Assembly: GCF_004010195.1 (NCBI RefSeq)
Contig: NC_057750.1
Location: 16,842,726-16,906,725, forward strand
Direction of reading: 5' to 3'
DNA from: Chiloscyllium plagiosum
Lineage: Eukaryota
DNA: 64,000 nucleotides
The notes under the pieces are model-generated. The model searched no databases, was not told the DNA's origin, and saw only the letters and a list, made by a program, of their open reading frames with translations. The translations under genes and the position numbers were made by a program. Positions 23,400-36,700 of this stretch are shown here, piece after piece. How positions within the stretch are numbered: the first letter of the stretch is position 1; each line of letters starts with the position of its first letter.

Positions 23400-24701
23400 G
23401 ATAACCCTGGTGTCCAGGGTGTGGTAACTGAGGGGGCCAGGAGATAGCAGAGATTGGCCCTGACCCGGAGTTCACCCTCCCTCAACTCCTCCTTCCCCTC
23501 TCTGGCTGTCTCCGGAACCTCGTTCTATTCTCGACTCAGCGGAGAATGTGATCTTCTGCATTGCAGGCGCTCTGCAAATGCAGGCTGTTGTTGCATTCTG
23601 TGAAACATTGTATCCTTCGGTGACGGCACGGGTTACAAATTTGCAGTTTGTGGCTATTTCCTTCCCCTATATCCCTCTCGGGGCTTCGGGGGGAGGGGAG
23701 GAGGATTAACATCTTAAAGGTACCAGGGTCACCCCACCCGCCCCATCTCACCCCACAGACTGAGGGCAGGGATCGTGGGATCTTGCTGTGCGCTGCATGT
23801 CCTACTGTGAGACCCTTCAAAAGGAGGGGAAGTTTCTGGGAAGCGGTCCTGGGTGTCGGCGACGTGCCCAAGGTGAAAGATAAATCAAAATTTTCCCCCT
23901 CCCTTCCCCACACACAATCCAGGCAAGAGTCTGTCCGGAAACACTGCTACCGAAATGCAGCGCAGCTCTTCGGCTACAGGAGGAATCACAGCACGAAACA
24001 ACCCCTCCATTGGTACCTGAGACAGGGGCTGTCCCCCGGGGGGGGGAGGACACTGTGGTCGGGTCAGAGCTGGCGATTTTCCTGGGCTCCCTCCCAGAGG
24101 TGATCCCGAGTGAAAGGACAGGATTGCATTCTCTTAGCGCCGCCCGACACTGAAAGCCCCCCAGGGATAGCGGAAACCCCGTCTGCTCAGAAAACAAATT
24201 CTGGAACTCAAACAAAGCAAAAACTCAGCAGGTCTGCCCGAGACCGTCCAAATGTGGAGTGCAGTCACGCTCGGACGTTTCTCCAACAATTAGAGTTTTT
24301 GTCCCTGCTCTGTTTGCTTTCTCCTCACGTCTTGTGAAAAGAGTGTTCACTTTGGCCAGTATTGAGAGAGAGAGAGAGAGAGTGTCAGAGAATCAGGAGA
24401 GAGCATATTGCCAATGAAGCAGAGAGCTCTGTAAGCAAGCCAACATCTGTGTGTGTGTGGGGGGGGGGGGGGTGTTCATATTTCTGAGCGATTAAGGGCA
24501 GGGAGAGTGTCTCTCTGTCACCTACAAACCTGTCTCTCCCCACCCTCCCCTTCCATGGCCAGCCATCAGCTTCTGTAAGCAGCCGGGGGACGCCTTATCA
24601 TTGGGTCGCTGTCATGTCAATCTCCTTGGAAGGGGGCGAGGTCATGAAGTTCCAGAGTTTCTGTACAAGCTGCAGCTTGGGGGAACAGGAGGCTTGCAAA
24701 A
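23400..24701 (+). promoter_or_regulatory. Probable CHP2 promoter and 5' region
   Basis: Transposon-free, GC/CpG-richer stretch directly upstream of the ATG, with (GA)n, (GT)n-polyG, CCAAT near 24411 and a GATA-type CTTATC near 24594. The TSS cannot be determined. Confidence 0.45.
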
Positions 24702-24768
24702 ATGGGCTCATATTCTTCACATCTGTCCAAGATCGAGGACGTGCAAGGAATTATCCAGGAGACAGGCT
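24702..24768 (+). CDS. CHP2: CHP2-like coding exon 1 ([23 protein letters not shown]-myristoylation motif MGxxxS)
   Basis: ATG at 24702 in context AAAATGG; donor GCT|gtgagt at 24769; phase 1. Confidence 0.9.
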
Positions 24769-27700
24769 GTGAGTGCCCGGGCTGGTGGGGATGGGGACAG
24801 ACTGAGATTTCACTGAATTTTCCGGCTGGCTCTCGCCTCCTGGTGAAATCAGCACTTGGTTTAAACTGAACACACTCCGGCTCCAGCGCCTGCAGGGAGA
24901 CACTTGAACTTGCTCCAACCTGACAGCTGGGAGCATTGAAACCTGCTCTCGATTTTAAACACGGTGGCTCAATGGTTAGCACGGCTGCCCCACAGGACCC
25001 GGGTTCGATTCCAGCCTCGGGCAACTGCCCTGTCTGCAGTCTGCACATTCTCCCCTTTTCTGCGTGGGTTTCCTCCCACAGTCCAAAGATGTGCGGGTGA
25101 GGATGGATTGGTCGTGCTAAATTGCCCACGGATGTGAAGGTTGGGTACATTAGTCAAACTCGAGAGTGTGGTGCTGGAAAAGCACAGCCGAGGAGTAGGA
25201 GAATTGACGTTTCAAGCATATGTTCTTTATCTCCTGCTCCTGGGATGCTGACTGACCTGCTGTGCTTTTCCAGCACCCCACTCTGGACTCTGATCTGCAG
25301 TCCTCCCTTTCTCCTGCATTAGTCAAAGGCATGGGTCCGAGTGAGTTACTCTTGGGAGGGTTGGTGTGGACTTGTTGGGCCGAAGGGCCTGTTCCCACAT
25401 TGCAGGGATTCTGTGGTGTTTTTAATTTTGTTATATGATCAAATGTTGACAGATACTTGGCATGGTTTGGGAGGAAGGGGTTTTTTAATCGGAGATGCGC
25501 ACGAGGATTCAGGCTGGCGGTGTAAAGGAATACTTGCATTTAGGTAGCGCCCTTTTATTCAGGTTGTCTCAAAGCGCTGGATGGCCAGTGAAATGCATGT
25601 CTGGAGTGCAGTCATGGGTTGTCATGTTGGCAAACAGGACATCCACTCACATCGAGCGAGATCCCACATGCAGCCAGGCAGATCACCATTTTTTTTGGGA
25701 TGTTGATCAAGGGGTATATGTTGGCCAGGACACCGGCAGTAGGGCTCAAGCCAGGTCTCCTCTGGCCCGGATAGTAGCGGTATCCTTCCTAGCCCCCCCC
25801 CCAGCTGCCCCAAAAAGGGAAGGCAAGCTATTGGTTGAAGGTCCAGTACCCATTGCCATGGCCTGATGGTGGCCATGCTTGCTGGAGTGGAACTCAATGT
25901 TGCTGGCTCTGACACAATGCTCGCATTACAGAGTCAAGTATAAGAATGGGAATGGGAGGATATCCTGTCATTTGGGATCGGAAGAGAAATGAGTGGGAAC
26001 AAGCAAATATTGGTGACTGTTTTGTGTGCGCTTTGGCGACTGCATTGTGTAGGGAAGACAAGATCTTGCCCCACAGTAATTGAGCTGAGGCTGAGGTGGG
26101 GGTTGACTGTCGTAAACTGTATTCTCTCATGCTAATCCCTGAAGTGCTGTTTTATGTTCTTTGCAATGCTGTTGAATTAAGCTTTTTTTTAAAATGTCAC
26201 TGCAGGGAGCTCAAAGGTCCAGAAACAATATTGGGGCAATCGGGCACGTTGTACAATGTTTACTCACTGGCCATAAAGGTTCCCAGGGGATGGGTGTTGG
26301 CGGATCAAGCATTCCCAGAAGCCAGCCAGCTTGTCCCGAGTCTGCAATTCTGAGTGTGCAGGCTGCAGAATGTCACTGGTTCACCCTCGAGACATAGCTG
26401 ACTCGATTTGCAAAGCCAGAGGTTCCCGCAAAGTGCTCCATTTGGTGGTCTAGCTTCTGGGTCAGAAAGACGTGGAGTTCATGTCCCACCCCAGAGACTT
26501 GACGTACAATCCAAGCGGACATGTTGGTACAGCTCTGAGAGAAGACAACACTGTAAAAGGGCGGCACAGTGGTTCAGTGGTTAGCACTGCTGCCTCACAG
26601 CACCAGGGACCCAGGTTCAGTTCCACCCACGGGTGACTGTCTGTGTGAAGTTTGCACATTCTCCCTCTGTCTGTGTGGGTTTCCTCCAGGTGCTCTGGTT
26701 TCCTCCCACAGTCACAAAGATGTGCAGGTTAGGGTGGATTGGCCATGCTTATATTGCCCCTGAGGTGCAGGTTAGGTGGGTTAGCCATGGGAAATGCAGG
26801 CGTATGGGGGTGGATCTGGGTGGGCTGCTCTGTGGAGGGACTCAATGGGCTGAATGACCTGCTTCCAGACTGTAGGGATTCTGTGGTTCTCTGGGAGATA
26901 TTAAACTGAGGCTCAGGTGCTTAAGTCAGGTCCACTGGCCACTACTTCAACAGGGGTGTAGATTAGAGTGGTGCTGGAAAAGCACAGCAGGTCAGGCAGC
27001 ATCCGAGGAGCAGGGAAATCGACATTTTGGGCAAAAGCTTTTCATCAGGAATCCCGATGAAGGGCTTTGGCCCGAAACGTCGATTTTCCTGCTCCACGGA
27101 TGCTGCCTGACCTGCTGTGCTTTTCCAGCACCACTCTAATCTAGACTCGGGGTTTCCAGCATCTGCAGTCCTCCCTTTTGCCTTTTTGACGACTTCAACG
27201 GGGGCTATCCTTAATGTAGCCAACATCGGGTGGCCTGTCGTGGCCGCATTGCCATCTGTAAGAGCTTGCTGTGCCCAGAGTAATTGTGACATTTCCTACA
27301 TTAGTGCAATGGCTACAGTTCAAAATGTACGTCAGGTGACTTTTGCCGTTGTGAGGTGGCAAAAGGTTCTGTATCAATGAAACCCCTTCCTTGTATTAGA
27401 GGGAAATGGGGGAGAGTTGGAGGTATCAGGGTGGAAGCCAGTGTTGCCCACTGGGCATCGCTGACTGGGAGCCAATGGGAGGAGGGCAGGTATGTTGGCA
27501 TCCTCAAATTGAGAAAAGTTTAAAATGATTCTCATTCTAAAAAATGGGAAGACAGCCGATCCAATGGTGGCACGGTGGCTCAGTGGTTAGCACTGCTGCC
27601 TCACAGCGCCAGGGACCTAGTTCGATTCCCGCCTCAGGCAATTTTATGTGTGGAGTTTGCATGTTCTCCCTGTGTCTGCATGGGTTTCTTCCGACAATCC

Positions 27701-30700
27701 AAAGATGTGCAGGTCAGGTGAATTGGCCACGGGAAATTGCCAAGTCAGGGGTAAATATAGGGTCGGGGGATGGGTTACCCTTTGGAGGGTTGGGGTGGAC
27801 TTATTGGGCCGATGGGCCAGTTTCCACACTGCAGGAAATCTAATCTAACCAAAATCTGAACAAAAATAGCGTTCCTGGGATGAAAGAGCCTGAATAAAAG
27901 GGGGCAGCATAGTGGGACTGCTGCCTCACACCGCCAGGAACCCGGGTTCGATTCCAGCCTTGGGTGACTGTGTCCCCCGTGTGCTCTGATTTCCTCCCAC
28001 AGGGCAAAGATGTGTGGGTTAGGGTGGATTGGCCATGCTAAATTGAGAGTGTGTATTCCTTTCTGGCAAAGCCCAGAACTGGGAGCAAGTTTCAAAATAA
28101 GATGTAGCCTCTGTAAGGCAGAGCTGAGCATGAATGTCTTCTCAGAGAAATGTTCATATCTCGAGATCTGGCTCACTGAATTACATTCAGGGCTGATTTC
28201 AGCAGGTTTTTAATATATAACGGTGTTGAAGACCATCAGAGGTTTGCAAGATGGTGGAATTGAATCCACAGTCAGATCAGCCATGGTGTTATTAAAGCAA
28301 GCTCACTGGGTAGAATAGCTGACATCTTCTAATCCATAGGCTGTGGGGCGTGGGATGAGATGTGTTTCAGTAGAATTCTGTACAAAGTACAGTGATGTTT
28401 TATACATTGGAATATAATTTTGCACATGGGAATCAGTCGAATTCGAACGCAGCAGCACAATTGCATACTGTCCTCGGATGGCAAGCTGCACTTCCTTCAG
28501 GAAGAAATCTAGGTTTTAATCATTGACAAGGATCAGAGGACTCTGGAACTATTTACTGATGATAAATCATTCTTTCAGTCACTAAGGCTCACATTTGTCG
28601 TCTCTACGATCGATTTGAAGAGTTGGACAAAAATAACAAGGGAACGTTGAGGTGAGTATAAAAAAAATTAACCATGGAAACACAGTGGCCCCTCCTGCAC
28701 ATGAACATGAAGGGTTAATGGTGTGGGTGAAGCTTTAGTGGGCTCACCAAGGTGGACATTAGGGGAGAGAAGCTGAAGAATGGGCATCAAATCAGGCTGG
28801 TGTCCATCTCAAATCAAGAACCTTCTATTCCCCCAAATAAAGACAACAGAGGTTTATAGCAGGGTATATAAGGTAAGGGAACCGTGGTTTACTGAAAAAA
28901 AATGCATCTCTTGTTAAGAAGAAGGAGGCTTATGTGTTAATGAGGCAAGATGGTTCCGATGAGGCGATGGAGAGTTACAGATCAGCTAGGAAGGATTTAA
29001 AGAGAGAGTTAAGAAGAGCAAAGAGAGGACACGAGCAGTTTTTAGCAAATAGAGTAAAGGAGAACCCTAAAGCTTTCTATAGGTATGTGAGGAATAAAAG
29101 GATGATTAGGGCAGGAATAGGGCCAGTCAAAGACAGAAGTGGGAAGTTGAGTGTGGACCCTGTAGAGATCAGAGAGGTGCTAAACGAACATTTCTCATCG
29201 GTGTTCACTCAGGAAAAGGAGAATATTGTAGAGGAAAAGAATGAGGTACGAGATATTAGACTAGAGAGGATCGAGGTTAGTTACGAACAGGTATTATCGA
29301 TTCTAGAAGGAGTGAAAGTAGACAAGTCTCCTGGGTCGGATGGGATTTATCCAAGGATTGTCTGGGAAGCTAGGGAGGAGATAGCAGAGTCTTTGGCTTT
29401 GATATTTGAGTCATCATTGTCTACGGGTTTAGTACCTGAGGACTGGAGGATTGCAAATATTGTGCCCTTGTTCAAGAAGGGCAGTAGAGATGACCCAGGT
29501 AATTGTAGACCAGTGAGCCTTACTTCTGGTGTAGGAAAGGTTTTGGAAAGGATTATAAGAGATAAGATTTATAATCACCCTGCAAGCAACAATTTGATTT
29601 CAGATAGTCAACATGGTTCGTCAAGGGCAGGTCGTGTCTCACAAACCTCATTGAGTTTTTTGAGAAGGTGACCAAACATGTAGATGAGGGTAGGGCAGTT
29701 GACACGGTATACTTGGACTTCAGTAAAGCCTTAGATAAGGTTCCACATTGTAGGCTGATGGAGAAAATGCAGAGGCATGGAATTGAGGGTGATTTAGCAG
29801 TTTGGATTAGAAACTGGCTTTCTGGAAGAAGGTGGTTGATGGAAAATATTCAGCCTGGAGACCAGTTACTAGTGGTGTTCCACAAGTTAAGAAGGCATAC
29901 AGTGTGTTAGGTTTCATTGGTAGAGGGATTGAGTTCCAGAACCGCAATATCATGCTGCAACTGTACAAAACGCTAGTGCGGCCGCACTTGGAATATTGTG
30001 TACAGTTCTGGTCGCCCCATTACAGAAAGGATGTGCAAGCATTGGAAAAGGTGCAGAGGAGATTTACCAGGATGTTGCCTGGTCTGGAGGGAAGGTCTTC
30101 TGAGGAAAGGCTGAGAGACTTGGGTCTGTTCTCATTGGAAAGAAGAAGGTTAGGGGGGATTTGATAGAGACATACAAGATGAGCAGAGGGTTAGATAGGG
30201 TAGACAGAGAAAGACGTTTTCCTAGGATGATGACGTCAGCTTATACGAGAGGGCATAACTACAAATTGAGGGGTGATAGATTTAAGACAGATGTCAGAGG
30301 CAGGTGCTTTACGCAGAGAGTGGTAAGGGCGTGGAATGCCCAACCTGCAAATGTAGTTAACTCAGCCACATTAGGGAGATTTAAACAATCCTTGGATAAG
30401 CACATGGATGATGATTGGATCATGTAGGGGGACAAGCTGAGAATAATTCACAGGTCGGCGCAACATCGAGGGGCGAAGGTCCTGATCTGCGCTGTATTGT
30501 TCTATGTTCTATGAAACAGGCCATTTGGTCCACATCTGTCCATAGCTAATCCACCAATGTACCTGTCCATATGTTTCTCAAAATTGTACTCTCTTCCACC
30601 ACTACCTCTGGCAGACACTCACCACCTTCTGTGTGAAAACGTTGCCCCTCTGGAACCTTTTATATCTGTACTCTCTCGCCTTAAACCTATGCTTTCTAGG

Positions 30701-33700
30701 TTTAGACTTGCCTACGCTGGGGAAAAGCTGTTGACTATCTATGGCCTGTCATGATTTTACAGACCTCGATAAGGTCACCCTTCTGTCTCCTACACTCCAA
30801 GGAACAAAGTCCCAGCCTATCCTTATAACTCGGAAGCAGCACGGTGGGTCAGTGGCTAGCAGTGCTGCCACACAGCACCAGGGACCTGGGTTCAATTCCA
30901 GCCTCGGGTGACTGTCTGTGTGGAGTTTGCACGTTCTCCCCGTGTCTGCGTGGGTTTCCTCTGGGTGCTCCGGTTTCCTCCCACAGTCCAAAGGTGTGCA
31001 GGTCAGGTGAATTGACCATGCTAAATTGCCCATAGTGTTAGGTGGATTAGTCAGGGGTAAATATAGGGGTCGGGGAGGTCCTTAATGAATACTTTGCCTC
31101 AGTATTCACTACTGAGGGGGGACCTTGACATTTGTGAGGACAGCGTGAAACAGGCTGATATGTTCAAACAGGTTGATGTTAAGAAGGAGGATGTGCTAAA
31201 AATTTTGAAAATCGTTAAAAGTGGGTATGTCCCCTAGGAGAAAGTGAGGTCTGCAGACGCTGGAGATCAAAGCTGAAACTTTATTGCTGGAACAGCACAG
31301 CAGGTCAGGCAGCATCTAGGGAACAGAAGATTCGACGTTTCGGGCACATTCCTGAAGAAGGGCATGTGCCCGAAACGTCGAATCTTCTGTTCCCTAGATG
31401 CTGCCTGACCTGCTGTGCTGTTCCAGCAATAAAGTTTCAGGTATGTCCCCTAGGCCAGACGGGATATACCCAAGGTTACTATGGGAAGCTGGGGAAGAGA
31501 TTGCTATGCCTTTGGCGATGAAGTTTTCATCCACACTGTCCACTGGAATAGTACTAAATGGCTGGAGGGTTGCAAATGTTATTCCCTTGTTCAAGAAAGG
31601 GAATAGGGATAATCCTGGGAATTACAGACCAGTCAGCCTGACATTGGTGGTGGGCATATTAATGGAGAAGATTCTGAGAGAGAGGAATTATTATTATTTG
31701 GAAAAGCATAGTTTGATAGTCAGCATGGCTTTGAGAGGGGCAGGTCATACCTCACAAGCCTTATTGAATTATTTGAGGATGTGACAAAACACATTGATGA
31801 AGGTATTTTAGCAAGGTGTTTGATAAGGTTCCACAAGATAGGCTTATTCAGAAAGTAAGGGGGCATGGGATACAGGGAAATTTGGTTCTCTGGATACAGA
31901 ATTGGCTGGCCCATGGAAGACAGAGGGTGGTATTAGATGGCAAGTATTCAGCCTGGAGCTTGGTGACCAGTGATATTCCGCAGGGATCTGTCTGGGATAT
32001 TTGCTCTTTGTGATTTTTATAAATGACTTGGATGAGGAAGTGGAAGGGTGGGTTAGTAAGTTTGCTGATGACATGAAGTTTGGTGGAGTTCTGGATAGTG
32101 TGGAGGGCTGTTGTAGATCACAACAAGACATTGACAGGATGCAGAACTGGGCTGATAAGTGCAAATGGAATTCAACCGAAAAGTGTGAAATGATTCATTT
32201 TGGAAGATGGAATTTGAACGCAGATCACAGGGTTAAAGGCAGGATTCTTGGCAATGTGGAGGAACAGAGGGATCTTGGGGTCCATGTTCATAGATCCCTC
32301 AAAGTTGCCACCCAAGTTGATAGGGTTATTGAGAAGGTGTATGATGTGTTGACTTTCATTAGCAGGGGGATTGAGTTTAAGAGCCAAGAGGATATGCTGC
32401 AGCTCTATAAAGTTCTTGTTAGACCACACTTGGAATATTGTGTTCAGTTCTGGTCACCTCATTATAGGGTATAATTTTAAGGTGATTGGAGGAAGGTTTA
32501 GGGGAGACGTCAGAGGAAGGTTCTTTACACAGAGAGTGGTGGTGCGTGGAATGCACTGTCAGTGGTGGTAGTAGAGTCAGATACATTATGGGCATTTAAA
32601 TGGTTCTTGGATAGACACATTCTTGACGAAGGGCTTTTGCCTGAAACGTCGACTGTCATGCTTCTCGGATGCTGTCTGACGTGCTGTGCTTTTCCAGCAC
32701 CACACTCTCGACATAAATGATCTGAGAGTAGGATAAAAGGTCGGCACAACATCAAGGGCCGAAGAGCCTGTACTGTGCTGCTATGTTCTATGCTAACACT
32801 ACCATTTGTTAAACTTAAATATGAGATTTGGACTCTGTGATGCAGTAAAAAAGGTAATTACTGCCTTGTTAAAATGTTCCAGCTTTGTGCATATGTGATG
32901 GAAATGGTTGAGGTCTCATCTCCCCAGTTGGGGAAAGGTCAACTTAGATTGATGGCTATTGTGTTTAGAAACGTCTGTCAATTATTTTGAAAAAAAACAT
33001 TTGTTGCTAACTAATGCTTATCTTATGCCAATTGTTACAACACTATGGCTTTAAGAGGTGTGTTTTCTCTTGATTTTTGTCGAAGTGGATTTGATCCATC
33101 CAAGTTAATAAACAGCTTGTGAGTCCTTGGAGTTTTAAAGTTGGAACAACAAAAGCAACGCGAATGGTCGCAGTCAGGCTCCCATAGAACCAGGGGTTTT
33201 GGTTTAACTTCCAGCAGTTGCTGGGTGTTGATGCTGGATGTGGAAGCTGTTATTCGCCTCTGTCTGTTAAAGCTAAAAGCTGGGGTTCTCTCTGTCAGAG
33301 TTGCACGGGAGACAATCAATGTTACTGAATTTGACTTTGCTGAAGGTGTGTTTATAGGATGTTACTAGATCGGAACTGCCTACTGGTTAAACAATTTGTT
33401 ATTCTGTAAAGTTTTCTTTTCTTCATTCATTCACGGGATGAGGGTGTCACTGGCTGGCCCAGCATTTATTGCACATCCCTAATTGCCCAGAGGGCAGTTG
33501 AGAGTCAATCACATTGCTATGGGTCTGGAGTCACGTGCAGGTCAGACCAGGTAAGGATGACAGTTTCCTTCCCTAAAGGACATTAGTGAACCAGACGGAT
33601 TTTTCCTGACAATGATTCATAGTCATCATCAGACTTGTAATTCCTGATTTTTAAACTGAGTTCAGATTCCACCATCTACCATGGCAGGATTCGTAACTGG

Positions 33701-36700
33701 ATCCCCAGAACATCAGCTGAGCTCCCGGAATAATAGCCTAGTGATAATGTCACTAGGCCATTGCCTCCCTTATTATTCTAATTATTCAAATGTTATTCCA
33801 ATTCTTCTTTCTTTTGTTTGTATTTTAATTATAGGGTAAGAATAAAGTATGTTTTGGTTAAAGCTGAGTAGTCTAACCATTCAAATTACATCTGTAACAC
33901 ACCACCTTATACTTGCCTTTAAATAAGATAGAAGTGAAGGTCTGCGCTAACTCTAGATACATATGAGGGGGCATGATCTGGTCCATAACACACACACTGT
34001 AGTGTCTAAGAATTTTTTAAAAATTAATTCATAGGACGTGTGCATTTGTTGTCCATAAAATGAATGCTCTCTTGTGAGTTTAGCTTTATGTTTATTGATG
34101 TGTTGATAATTATTGTTTTTGATTAATTCCTCTAATACTGCATCTATGAGAGTCTAAAGACTTCATTTGTTAGCACAAATACAGAAGGTATCATCAGTTA
34201 ATCACTATATCACCAAAATAAAATAAAAAGAAGTACCTGAAAACCAAAATGTAGCATCCAAAAATAATCAAAAAGTGTTCCTCAAGAAGATCTCAAGAGC
34301 ACTGGGGAGAAAACTCACTTTGTGTACTGTCTTATCACCATCCATCTTCACTGACTCTGTCCACCTTAGTTCACCTTGTGTCGCAGCAAGTAATTAGGAA
34401 GGTGAATGGAACAATAGCCTTCATTACAAACAGGATGGAATATGAATTAGGGAAGCCCAATATTAATGACTTGGATGAAAGGACTGAATGTTTGGTTGCC
34501 ACATTTCCTGAGATTACAAAGATTGGTAGAAAAATGGGTTGTGAAGAGAAAATGAGTCTGCAAAGAAGGTTAAGTCAACGAGCAAAATGTTGACAGATTG
34601 AACATAATGTCGGAAATCATGAGCTTTTCCACTTGGCAGGAGGAATGGAATAGCAGAATATTGTTTACATGGAGAAGGTTTGCAGAATTCGGTACAGCGG
34701 GATCCGGGAGTCCTGGTGCATGAATCACTTAAACTAGGCTCCAGTTTCCATCCCCCTATTGTAGGCAGGGAGTTGGGAGAATTCCTGACTCTGAAGTCCC
34801 TTTAAAAATGACTGTCCAAACTTTCCATTTTAGTGTAGTGTGTGTAGATCAGAGTTTGGGGTAGGCAGCTTGGGAAGACCTGAATAGAGGATGGCCAGTT
34901 TAAAGGAAGCAGACTGAGCAATAATCTACAATGAACAGTGTTCAAAGATTAAAAAGAAAGATCGAAATATAAAATATCATCCCTGCCCTAACACTGCCTC
35001 AATCCCCATGCAACAGGATACAACAGGATTTGGTCATTTGGAAAGTTGGGCAAAGAAATGCCAGATGAAAGTTAATCCGGACAAGTGTGAGTGATGCACT
35101 CTGGGAGGTCAAATGCAAGAGGAAAGTATACAGTAAATGGCAGGATCCTTAGGAGCATTGACATACAGAGGGATCTTGGGTAAAAGTCCATAGCTCCCTG
35201 AAAATTGCAACACATTTGGATAAAGTGATAAAAAGGGCGTACGGCGTGCTGGGGCATCGAGTGTAAAAGTTGGCAATTCATCTTGCAGCTGTATAAGAGT
35301 TCATTTAGGCCATTTTTACATTATTGTATGCAGTTCTGGTTGCCACAGTATAGAAAGGATGTGGAGGCTTTGGAGAGGGTGCAAAAGAGGATATTGCTTG
35401 GATTGGAGTCTATTAGCTATAAGGAGAGGGTGGACAAACGTGAATTGTTCTTGCTAGAACATCAGAGGCTGAGAGGTGAACTAATAGAACTATATAAAAC
35501 TATGAGAGGGGTGGATAGGGTGGATAGCTGGAGTTGTTTTCCCAGGGTGGAAACGTTAAATACTAGGAGCCATAGTTTTAAGGTGGACGGGGGTAAGTTT
35601 AAAGGAGATGTACGAGGCAAGTTTTATTTTATCCTGAGGGTGGTAGATGCCTGGAACACAGTACCAGGGAGATGGTCAAAGCAGACATGTTTAAGAGGCA
35701 TTTGGACAGACACATGAACAGGCAGGGAATAGAGAGATACGAATCATGTGCAGGCAAATGGGATTAGTTCAGAATGGCATCATGGTCGGCACAGATATGG
35801 TGGGCCAAAGGGCCTGTTTCGGTGTTGTACTGTTCTAAGTTCTTACTTAAGGAACTTATATTTGCATTGGAAGCAGTTTGGAGAGAGTTCATGAGGTTGA
35901 ATCGTGGATTGAGGAGATTGTCTAATTTGGGAAGGTTGAGCAGATTGGGCCTGTACTCATTGTGTGTAGAAGAATGAGCAGTGATCTTAATGAAATGTAA
36001 AAGTCTCTGGGGTTGGGAAGCTTTGCAGGGTAGATGCTGAGAAGATGGTTCCCTTGTAAGGATATCAAGAAAGGGGGACCCAGTTTAAGTAAAGGGGTCT
36101 CCCATTTAAGATGATGGAGGAATTTCTTCTCGAAGAGACTCATTTGACTTTGGAATTCTCTTTCCCAGAGAGCACTAGAGGCTGCATCATCATGTATACT
36201 CAAGGCTGAGTTAGATTGATTCTTGATTCAGAGTCAAGGGTTACGGGAGATAGGTGAATATTTGAAGGGGCAAGGAGCAAAGTGGACCTGGAGCCATGAT
36301 GTCCTTGAAAGGTGAGGAAGACTCAAAGGGCTGAATGGCCTACTCCTGTTCCTAATCCAAACGCTCTTTGCTCCACATTATCGTCACCCTGCATGCCACA
36401 GCCCAATCCCAAACTTCTGGTGACCCTTGCTGGTCTGAGTTCATGTTTCTCCCACTTGGTACAACATATAGTGCAAACACAGTTCTGGAATTTTCTTTCC
36501 AGCCGGGAAGATTTCCAACGGATTGGAGAGCTTGCTGTGAACCCACTTGGAGATCGGATAATCAATGCTTTCTTCCCAAACGAGTAAGTGATTTAGGGTG
36601 AGATTGTTGTACAGGAAGAAGGAGAGAGTTCGTGTAAATCTCTCGTGGGAGGGGTAGATGTATACATAACTGGCCTCCCTTCTGAGGGGTGCGGACGTGT

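Larger units (their letters stand above)
31075..32792 (+). mobile_element. CR1 LINE in CHP2 intron 2, disrupted, with family A insertions
   Basis: [42 protein letters not shown]; insertions at 31239-31439 and ~32618-32710. Confidence 0.9.

Noticed and set aside
23536..24337. Several overlapping 75-151 aa ORFs upstream of CHP2
   Set aside because: GC-rich promoter-like sequence with no recognisable domain or convincing splice structure.
28934..29671. 245-aa ORF as a functional gene
   Set aside because: Fragment of a frameshifted, internally deleted CR1 ORF2.
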